Position numbers and translations under genes: made by a program. A stretch of DNA of 64,000 bases. It comes from Desulfatiglandales bacterium. GTDB taxonomy: Bacteria; Desulfobacterota; DSM-4660; Desulfatiglandales; HGW-15. Below the pieces are notes generated by a model. It ran no database searches and was not told the origin of the DNA. It worked only from the letters and a program-made list of their open reading frames with translations. Location of the stretch: positions 22,783 through 86,782 of the forward strand of contig JBMNCO010000101.1 in NCBI GenBank assembly GCA_049366815.1, given 5' to 3'. Position 1 is the stretch's first letter; each line of letters opens with the position of its first letter. Of this stretch, positions 56,813-64,000 are shown in pieces.

Positions 56813-57346
56813 CTAGAACTCAATCCCCTTTCGGGCCTCCTTTCCGCTTCGATAGGGATGCTTTACTTCGATCATTTCTGTCACAATGTCGGCAAGCTCC
56901 ACAATCCTGTGATGTGCCCCCCTGCCCGTCAGAACGACGTGGACTGCAGTGGGACGCCGCTGCAACGCATCGATCACATCGTCCACCGGAAGTAGGCCAT
57001 AGGCAACGGCATTATTCACCTCGTCCAGTATGACCATGTCATAGTCGCCGGAGAACAGTGCTTCCCTGCACACCTTCCAGGCTCTTTCGGCGCACTCTAT
57101 ATCCTTGGGGTCCGGATCATCAGGGTCAACATGGATAAAGCCCTCCCCAAGCGGCTTGATTCTGAGTTGAGGGACCAATTTTTCCGAAGCATCCAACTCA
57201 CCGTATTTCCACGAACCTTTAAGGAACTGAAGTACGGCCACCCTCAACCCCTGTCCGACGGCCCTCAAAGCCATACCCAGAGCGGACGTCGTCTTTCCCT
57301 TGCCGTCACCGGTCAAGACTATGATATATCCTTTTTCTTCAGACAT
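56813..57346 (-). CDS. cobO: cob(I)yrinic acid a,c-diamide / cob(I)alamin adenosyltransferase
   Basis: 177 aa. P-loop GDGKGKTTSALG and a CobO/BtuR pattern. Confidence 0.9.
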   Translation of the reverse strand: MSEEKGYIIVLTGDGKGKTTSALGMALRAVGQGLRVAVLQFLKGSWKYGELDASEKLVPQLRIKPLGEGFIHVDPDDPDPKDIECAERAWKVCREALFSGDYDMVILDEVNNAVAYGLLPVDDVIDALQRRPTAVHVVLTGRGAHHRIVELADIVTEMIEVKHPYRSGKEARKGIEF

Positions 57347-57355
57347 TGTGCACCT

Positions 57356-58735
57356 TCAGTGGGTGGACTCGGAATCCAATACGAGCAACGGGATCAAATC
57401 GCGTATGTCGCCGGCGGTTTCGAGGTGCTCTACGGCGTCCATGATCCGGTCTGCAATTTTTTCCGGCAGGGCACTTGCCGCAAACCCGATACAATCCCGA
57501 AATCGCTGCACATGATCTTTCTGCGTAAGTGGATTGCCGGGGAATCCGGGAGCTGTGTCCATTTTCCCGACATGTTCCCTCCCGGCCTTCGTCAAGACCC
57601 GCATGTCCAAAGGCGTGTGGCCTCGTATCTCCATGGCGGGATCTGAAAGCACATCGACCCTATCCGCAAGCTCCAGAACCCTGGGATCTCTGATGAAGGA
57701 CTCTTCAAAATGCTCGAGTCTTGAGCTTTTCCGCAATAAGGCATTGGCAACGCAGTATGGGATGCTGAACTGGGCGTTGACCTTGGGGTTGGTGCCGACC
57801 TCGAAAGGACGTCCCACCAGCTTGTAGGTATAGGGCGGCACCGTGACCTCTATGCGCTTCACATCATCGGAGTCAAAACCGTTTTCTTTCATCAGACTCA
57901 GGATGACATCAGTACTTCCCTGGGTGAGCCCACAACTTGGGTATTTCTTGAACATGACATTCTGAACCTCGTAATCGTTCCCCAGATGCGATGTGACTGT
58001 CTGTGCTTCCACCCGGTCCCTGCCGAAAAGGTGGAAGTAGCCGTAGACACCTTCGAGGAAGTTTGCCGGTCCCGTGATGCCTCGCCGGGCAAGTCGGGCG
58101 CATGTCACGCCGGTTTCCGCGACCCACCCCTCGATTACCCTCACCGCCAGGGCCCCATCCACGTTGGCCTGAAAGCTGCCCCCACAGCGGTTAAATGCGA
58201 GGGCCAGGGCATTCCAGGTTTCCTCTTCAGAAAGTCTCAGTATTTTTGCAGCGGCCGCTGTCGAGGCGAAAGGGACGCAGACGCCTGTCGGGTCAAATCC
58301 GTCATATTGGGACTCCCCTAGATTCAGTCTTATTCCCAACTCCGTCCCCACCGTGACGGCGGTCAGAAAATCAGCGCCGCTGCAACCCCCGGCCAGTTCT
58401 GCTGAAGCGAGCGCAGCGGGTATCGTAGCTGAACCGATGTGGGCACCCGGAACAAGCGCGTCACAGAAGTCGAGGGCTCTTGCCATCACGCCGTTTACGA
58501 ATGCGGCCTTTTCCGCCGGGACCTTGCCTCCATGGATAAGGATCGATGCCTCCGCTCTGCCTCCGAGTTCCTTTTCCAGTTCAACGACGGCCTCGCAACC
58601 CTCTGCCGAGGCACCGGCGATTGTCGTACCCAGGACTGCAAGCACCTGGTTTTTGATCACCCTCAAGACCGCCTGCGGCACATCACCGAGTGTGGTGCGA
58701 CATACATATTCAACCAGTCTGCCTTCCGTCAGCAT
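57356..58735 (-). CDS. MmgE/PrpD-family protein (2-methylcitrate dehydratase-like)
   Basis: 459 aa with an MmgE/PrpD N- and C-domain pattern. Confidence 0.85.
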   Translation of the reverse strand: MLTEGRLVEYVCRTTLGDVPQAVLRVIKNQVLAVLGTTIAGASAEGCEAVVELEKELGGRAEASILIHGGKVPAEKAAFVNGVMARALDFCDALVPGAHIGSATIPAALASAELAGGCSGADFLTAVTVGTELGIRLNLGESQYDGFDPTGVCVPFASTAAAAKILRLSEEETWNALALAFNRCGGSFQANVDGALAVRVIEGWVAETGVTCARLARRGITGPANFLEGVYGYFHLFGRDRVEAQTVTSHLGNDYEVQNVMFKKYPSCGLTQGSTDVILSLMKENGFDSDDVKRIEVTVPPYTYKLVGRPFEVGTNPKVNAQFSIPYCVANALLRKSSRLEHFEESFIRDPRVLELADRVDVLSDPAMEIRGHTPLDMRVLTKAGREHVGKMDTAPGFPGNPLTQKDHVQRFRDCIGFAASALPEKIADRIMDAVEHLETAGDIRDLIPLLVLDSESTH

Positions 58736-58963
58736 CTTTCACCCCCTCGCATTTCCCCGTCCTATTTCATCTATTTCCAGAGCCTCTTTTCGTGTCCGTC
58801 CAGTCTTTCGCTTGGCCGTCATGACAAAATGCGTACCGCAGGTTTGACCAGGTCATCCTTCCAGGCGGCCGTCCTCTCACGGTATCCGCCCCTTTGTTTC
58901 CCCGATACGGCTTCCATCCGACGCAGGCACCGGCTGTGCTGCACAGTTCCTTACATAAGGCAC

Positions 58964-59947
58964 TCATTCCCTGTTTTGAGCGTCCATAAAATTCAATTTT
59001 GCCGCCAGAATCGCATCGCAAGCAGAATAGGGATCAATCGTTCCGGCGGTGATACAATCCACGTAGTCTCCAAATTCCGGACTGTCTGTTATGCGGGCGA
59101 GCGCCTCTTCAACGAGCCTGCTTTTGATCATGTCTATGAGTTCGAGGCGGGTTGCAGTCCTCTTATCAAGGATTGTCCTTTCATGGGGCAGGGCCTTTCC
59201 GGTCTTTCGATATTTCTCGATTTCATTCAGAAGCTCAAGGATTCCCTTGTTATTAACGGCTTCCGTCATAAGAATGGGGGGCTCCCAATCTTGCCTTTTG
59301 TGTCTCTTTCTTGCGATATCAAACATTGATCTCAGGTCATTCATGGTTTTCTCGGCACCAGGCCGATCTGATTTGTTGATGACAAAGATATCCCCCACCT
59401 CAAAAATTCCCGCCTTGATGGCCTGAATATGATCCCCCATTCCCGGCACCACCACGACAACCGTTGCATGCGCACTCCTGGCGATATCGACTTCATCCTG
59501 ACCGACCCCAACCGTCTCAACAATCACGTAATCTTTGCCCATGGCGTCCAGTACATCGATTGCCGAGCGTGTAGACTCGGTCAGGCCTCCAAATTGACCC
59601 CGGGTTGCCAGAGAACGAATAAACACACCGTCGTCCAGGCTATGCCTCTGCATCCGGACTCGGTCTCCCAATATCGCACCACCGCTGAACGGGCTGGTCG
59701 GGTCTACGGCGAGCACGCCCACTGTTTTTCCACGCCCTCTCAACCCATGAATCATTTGATCCGCCAGTGTGCTTTTGCCCACGCCGGGAGCGCCCGTTAT
59801 TCCAACCACATAGGCCTTCCCGGTATGCCTGTAGAGGGCCTTGAGGATCGGCCTCGTTCCCGGAACGCCGTCGTCAATGTCACGGATCAACCGTGCGGCA
59901 ACCCTTACATCACCACCGACAATCTTCTTTACAATGCCGTCAACCAT
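58964..59947 (-). CDS. meaB: methylmalonyl-CoA-mutase-associated G-protein chaperone (MeaB/ArgK)
   Basis: 327 aa. P-loop GAPGVGKST, and NKSD as the NKxD motif. Confidence 0.9.
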   Translation of the reverse strand: MVDGIVKKIVGGDVRVAARLIRDIDDGVPGTRPILKALYRHTGKAYVVGITGAPGVGKSTLADQMIHGLRGRGKTVGVLAVDPTSPFSGGAILGDRVRMQRHSLDDGVFIRSLATRGQFGGLTESTRSAIDVLDAMGKDYVIVETVGVGQDEVDIARSAHATVVVVVPGMGDHIQAIKAGIFEVGDIFVINKSDRPGAEKTMNDLRSMFDIARKRHKRQDWEPPILMTEAVNNKGILELLNEIEKYRKTGKALPHERTILDKRTATRLELIDMIKSRLVEEALARITDSPEFGDYVDCITAGTIDPYSACDAILAAKLNFMDAQNRE

Positions 59948-59950
59948 AAC

Positions 59951-60349
59951 TTATCTCTTCACACACGAAAAAATGTAGTCAACGATCGACTCCGAACTGC
60001 TCTGGGGCGGGAATATTTTTGCCACCCCTCTTTCCAGCAAGGCCTCCGCGTCCCGTTTAGGAATGGTCCCCCCGCAAATGACGGGCACATCATCCAGATC
60101 ATTCTTTTTCATCAGGTCCAACAAGAGGCCTATCTGTTCATAATTGGAGGCATGACTGCTTATGCCGATGATATCCACGCTTTCTTCGACAGCGGCGCTG
60201 ACAATCATTTCCGGCGTCTGATAGATTCCAAGATACACGACCTCCATTCCGGCATCCATCAAAAATCTCGATACGATTTCCGCACCCGTGAAATGTCCGT
60301 CAAGCCCGATACCGGATATGAGGACTTTTATTCGTTGTCTGTGGCTCAT
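59951..60349 (-). CDS. cobalamin-binding small subunit of acyl-CoA mutase
   Basis: 132 aa. DxHxxG motif (DGHFTG), B12-binding Rossmann-like domain. Confidence 0.88.
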   Translation of the reverse strand: MSHRQRIKVLISGIGLDGHFTGAEIVSRFLMDAGMEVVYLGIYQTPEMIVSAAVEESVDIIGISSHASNYEQIGLLLDLMKKNDLDDVPVICGGTIPKRDAEALLERGVAKIFPPQSSSESIVDYIFSCVKR

Positions 60350-60404
60350 ACTGAATATTCCTCCTGTATACGGAAATGCGCTCTATACATCCAGCGAAAT
60401 CCAT

Positions 60405-62024
60405 TCACTGCAGGTCAAAGGGGCAATCAATCATCTCCAAGGGATCGTAGTGAAATCCGTTGGCCACACGAATAACGCCCATAATTTCACCGGCGGTGCC
60501 ATAGGCTTTCACTGCTTCTATAATGGAGGGCATCAGGTTGAAGTCTTTGCCCTCTTTGGCATCAGCGTAAAGCCTCGCGATTTTCTCTTTCAGCAGGGGC
60601 ATATTTCTTGTTTTTTTCCAGGTCTCCATCCGTTTCGCTATTTCTTCAGAATCAGACGCCTCCACCGACTGTATGGGGATGTCGTCATCTTCCTCAGGCG
60701 GTATGACCAGCTCATTTACACCAACGACCAACCGCTCACCTGATTCAATCTCTTTTTGTCTTTTCCGTGCCGAGGCCTCCATCATATTGTGGATAAACCC
60801 TTTTCTAACCGCCGCAGTCATTCCTCCCTGATCTTCTATCTGTTGCAGGATCTTGTAAGCCTCCGCTTCCACCTTGTTGGTGAGATACTCGACAAAATAT
60901 GAGCCCGCGAGAGGATCCGTCACGTCGGTCACGCCGGTTTCGTCAGACACGATATGCTGGGTATTTAAAGACATCCTTGCGGCAAAAGCGGACGGCTCCG
61001 CATGAGCATTGTCCAGGCACGCGTTGTCGATCGCAGTGCAGCCTGCTATGGCCCCGGCAAGGGTCTGTATGGCGCATCGAGCGATATTGTTGTAGGGCTG
61101 CTGATACGTCATTGCACGGCCTGAGGTATGAACCGATATGAGTAGCTGGCAGGCCTTTTCGCTTTTCGCCTTGAATGTTTCCTTGGCCATCTTCGCATAC
61201 ATTCTTCGAAGGGCCCGGACTTTGGCTATTTCTTCGAAGAACCGCGAACTAATGCTTACGAGTTCATAGGGGAGAAGACCGACATCATCGAAATCAAGGC
61301 CCCTCTCCTTCACCAGCATGCCGAGCAACTCCTTGAGCTGTGCGATTTCCACAGCCAGGGCCTGCGCGTTGTTGCCGCCGGACTCTTGAAAATGCTGGCT
61401 CAGAATGCCACTGCGCATGTGTATTTTGTTTCTTATGATGTATTCTGAGGAATCAAGCCAAAGCTTTATGAGAAGATCCAAAGGCAGATGATCGGTCTGT
61501 CCAAATGTGTGGCAAAAGGGATATTCCGTCACACTGCCGTGCACTTCCCTCAAATCCACCCCACGTTTTTCCGCAAGGGCCACAACATAGGCCAACCTCA
61601 TACAGGACATGGCCGAAGAGCCCAGCAAGGTTATCGATTGACCTGTCAAGGGGATGTCATCCATCAATTCCTCAAATTCAAGCAACGATGCTCCATGCCA
61701 GCCCAAAACACCGGACTCCCTTCTCCCCATGGGATGATCCGCATCTATGGGCATCGCGTTAGGCCTGTCGCAGATGACCAGCATGCCCTGCGTTTGACCC
61801 ATTTTCCTGTACTGCTGGAGCACTTCGTTGGTTCTCTTGGACGATCCCAGCCCTGCGGTCATTCGCCTTGTCCATACCCGGCTCCGGTACCCGTTTGGAT
61901 GATACCCGCGGACGTAAGGATACGAACCCGGATCCCCAAGATCCTTTTTGTAATCCAGCCCTGCAATGTCGTCCGGTGTGTATACAGGCTTAATTTCATA
62001 TCCGTAATCCGTCTCTCTTTTCAT
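60405..62024 (-). CDS. acyl-CoA mutase large (substrate-binding TIM barrel) subunit, divergent
   Basis: From ORF 60405..62039. The ATG at 62024 has GGGGAGG 6-7 nt upstream. It aligns by eye to the methylmalonyl-CoA mutase catalytic domain but has altered pocket residues. Confidence 0.88.
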   Translation of the reverse strand: MKRETDYGYEIKPVYTPDDIAGLDYKKDLGDPGSYPYVRGYHPNGYRSRVWTRRMTAGLGSSKRTNEVLQQYRKMGQTQGMLVICDRPNAMPIDADHPMGRRESGVLGWHGASLLEFEELMDDIPLTGQSITLLGSSAMSCMRLAYVVALAEKRGVDLREVHGSVTEYPFCHTFGQTDHLPLDLLIKLWLDSSEYIIRNKIHMRSGILSQHFQESGGNNAQALAVEIAQLKELLGMLVKERGLDFDDVGLLPYELVSISSRFFEEIAKVRALRRMYAKMAKETFKAKSEKACQLLISVHTSGRAMTYQQPYNNIARCAIQTLAGAIAGCTAIDNACLDNAHAEPSAFAARMSLNTQHIVSDETGVTDVTDPLAGSYFVEYLTNKVEAEAYKILQQIEDQGGMTAAVRKGFIHNMMEASARKRQKEIESGERLVVGVNELVIPPEEDDDIPIQSVEASDSEEIAKRMETWKKTRNMPLLKEKIARLYADAKEGKDFNLMPSIIEAVKAYGTAGEIMGVIRVANGFHYDPLEMIDCPFDLQ

Positions 62025-62378
62025 GCCGTGCCTCCCCACATTGCTGTCCTAGATAAATTGGGCCGCTTGGATGTTCATAAAATCCGCAGTTCATTGGCGG
62101 AAAGCGTCCAAATCCCCGGATTCAAACGACCGAAGGTAAATCCTGTCTTCCAAATCCGGCGCAACAGTCGCTCAGGGTTTACGGCCCCTCTCGGGTCATA
62201 ACAAGGATAAATCCAGGGACACATGGCCGGGAGATCAAATGTGAGACGCGTAAGCTCCGTCTTTGTCCAGCCCATGCCCGGCATATCGTGAAAGCAACCC
62301 GGCTATAACCGAGAGATGTCACCTCCCCCTAAGATTTACGAATATTTTTACCAGATTTTTCCTGTTATTTCCAACATT

Positions 62379-62410
62379 TTTAAATACCAAACCGGTTTAA
62401 TTAAACCGAC
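62379..62410. promoter_or_regulatory. paired palindromes AAACCGGTTT and AAACCGAC-CA-GTCGGTTT in the divergent mutase / efflux intergenic region
   Basis: Read directly. Four AAACCG half-sites in an AT-rich segment. Confidence 0.45.
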
Positions 62411-62756
62411 CAGTCGGTTTTACATTAAAACAAATCACACCTTTGTCAAGAAAAAACGGATCTTTCTTTTTTCATGATTGAAAGAATTTGCACAAAGGCC
62501 GTTCTGTTGTTTTATATTAGGCCGTTTCAGAAAACCAAACGTTTCCCTATGGCATACTTCACGGCGGCAATTCATCTCTTCATCAAGGAAACACGTCTAC
62601 CGGAAGTGAAACACTTGTAACCACCTGCGTCGCCAAGACGACCTTAAGAGAAAACGAGGTGCGATCCACCCTCATGGTTTGGACAGGGGGCCGGCAAGGA
62701 ATAAAGGAATTGACTGACAATCGCAAGAAACGCTGAAAAGGGGGTGGTGTCCACCT

Positions 62757-64000
62757 GTGAACCCGATAACAAACATTTTGAGACTTCCGCCGGGAGCCCT
62801 GGCGTTGATCATGCCCCTGATCCTGGCAGGTTGCGCAGCCGTAGGGCCCGATTACGTCCCGCCGGAACTCAGGACCCCCGCAACCTGGCACACAAGCCTG
62901 GAAGGAGGACCGGTCGCAGGGGAAACGGATCCCACGGCCTTGACCCATTGGTGGAAGACCTTCAATGATCCCCGACTCTCCAGCCTCATCGAGCGCGCCG
63001 TGTCGGGCAACATCGACCTGAAGCAGGCCGGTGCGAGGCTTCGAGAAGCGCGGGCCCGGCGGGGCCTGGCCCGGACGGAGTTCTTCCCCACGCTCGACGG
63101 CAGTGGTTCGGCCACAAAGATTTACAGCAAGGAAGGAACCGGGGGGACCGAGACGCGCGACCTCTACGCGGCAGGATTTGACGCCGGTTGGGAACTGGAT
63201 CTGTTCGGAGGTATCAGGCGCGGCCTGGAGGCGGCGGATGCGGATCTGCAAGCCAGCCGGGAGGCATTGTGTGACGTCCTGGTCTCCTTGCTTGCAGAAG
63301 TGGCTGTGAACTACCTGGAGACCCGCACCTATCAGGCCCGGCTTGCCGCGGCAAAAGCGAATTTGAACAACCAGGAAGAGACCTACAGCTTGACCCAAAT
63401 GCGTTACCTGGCCGGTCTGAGCGACGCATTGGCCGTCCAACAGGCCCGCTACAACCTTGAAAACACACGGAGCCAAATACCGACCCTGCACACGGGCCTG
63501 GAGGGGGCCATGAACCGCCTTGCCGTGCTCTTGGGAGAGACACCGGGAACCCTCCACCGTGAACTGGAGCACCCCGAGCCCATCCCGGTGGCGCCGGCGC
63601 AGATCGCCGTGGGCGTACCTGCCGACCTATTGCGGCAGCGGCCGGACATCCGCCGGGCGGAGCGGGAACTGGCCGCGCAGACGGCCCGTATCGGTGTTGC
63701 AACAGCGCAGCTCTATCCAACATTCACGTTGAGGGGTTCCATCGGATTCGAGGCCCTCCAATTGGACGATCTCCTTTCCGGCGGCGGCCGGACACTCGCA
63801 ATCGGCCCCCGGATCACGTGGCCCGTCTTCGATGCCGGGGCCCTCCGCCGCAATATCGAGGTGCAGTCGGCCATTCAGGAGCAGGCCCTGATGGCTTACG
63901 AGTCCACGGTCCTGGCGGCCCTGGAGGAGGTGGAAAACGCCTTGTCGGCCTACGTCGATGAGCAGCTTCGCCGGGAATCCCTGATCGAGGCGTCCCGGGC
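62757..64000 (+). CDS. RND efflux outer-membrane lipoprotein, NodT family (5' partial, runs off the window)
   Basis: Not in the ORF track because no stop lies in the window. GTG at 62757 follows AAGGGGGTGG. Lipobox LILAGC. OMF repeats read by hand (DLKQAGARLREARA..., PDIRRAERELAAQTARIGVA...). Antisense ORFs 62583..63572 and 63214..63723 are shadows. Confidence 0.85.
   Translation, partial: MNPITNILRLPPGALALIMPLILAGCAAVGPDYVPPELRTPATWHTSLEGGPVAGETDPTALTHWWKTFNDPRLSSLIERAVSGNIDLKQAGARLREARARRGLARTEFFPTLDGSGSATKIYSKEGTGGTETRDLYAAGFDAGWELDLFGGIRRGLEAADADLQASREALCDVLVSLLAEVAVNYLETRTYQARLAAAKANLNNQEETYSLTQMRYLAGLSDALAVQQARYNLENTRSQIPTLHTGLEGAMNRLAVLLGETPGTLHRELEHPEPIPVAPAQIAVGVPADLLRQRPDIRRAERELAAQTARIGVATAQLYPTFTLRGSIGFEALQLDDLLSGGGRTLAIGPRITWPVFDAGALRRNIEVQSAIQEQALMAYESTVLAALEEVENALSAYVDEQLRRESLIEASR

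Noticed and set aside
62075-62284. 69-aa Trp-rich ORF immediately upstream of the mutase large subunit (minus strand).
   Set aside because: Codon usage looks plausible and the spacing to the mutase gene is operon-like. However, no Shine-Dalgarno precedes either ATG and no motif is recognisable. Left uncalled; worth a tBLASTN check.

Overview
This 64-kb chromosomal window is roughly mid-50s % GC by eye and densely coding. I can support about 54 protein genes and one tRNA-Arg(CCG). Housekeeping genes include pyrK-pyrD (class 1B DHODH), lepA-hemW, valS, nadC, speE, cobU and cobO. They are interleaved with anaerobe-type catabolic modules. One is an XDH-family molybdoenzyme operon with acyl-CoA ligase, enoyl-CoA hydratase and SDR genes, a TetR regulator and a TRAP transporter. 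Others are a cytoplasmic DMSO-reductase-family molybdoenzyme and a split B12-dependent acyl-CoA mutase with MeaB, PrpD and an adenosyltransferase. Signalling genes include a class III cyclase-TPR protein, an STK-HDOD kinase, a REC-only regulator, a GAF-ANTAR protein and a histidine kinase. A NodT-type efflux lipoprotein gene runs off the 3' end. The gene content suggests an anaerobic Desulfobacterota or deltaproteobacterium-like host, but that is inference only. I saw no rRNA, CRISPR array, prophage, integrase, reverse transcriptase or classical defence operon. The unusual signals are mostly non-coding or mobile. (1) A single-gene HUH/Y1 (RAYT/IS200-like) transposase unit is bounded by perfect 18-bp inverted repeats, next to a very AT-rich psiE-like gene downstream of the tRNA. 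(2) A 211-bp palindromic MITE-like element with perfect 29-bp termini supplies the last codons of an aminopeptidase gene. (3) A family of CCCCTGC/GCAGGGG hairpins, some behind strong sigma70-like promoters, is clustered in a 1.5-kb ORF-poor stretch. (4) Related repeat elements flank the TRAP operon. (5) A palindromic operator is shared by two promoters near the TetR gene. Protein-level oddities are a retroviral-type CCHC zinc knuckle in the cyclase protein, an apparent YnbE-YdbL fusion, and an acyl-CoA mutase with non-canonical substrate-pocket residues. All functional calls rest on motif recognition by eye. No database search was run.
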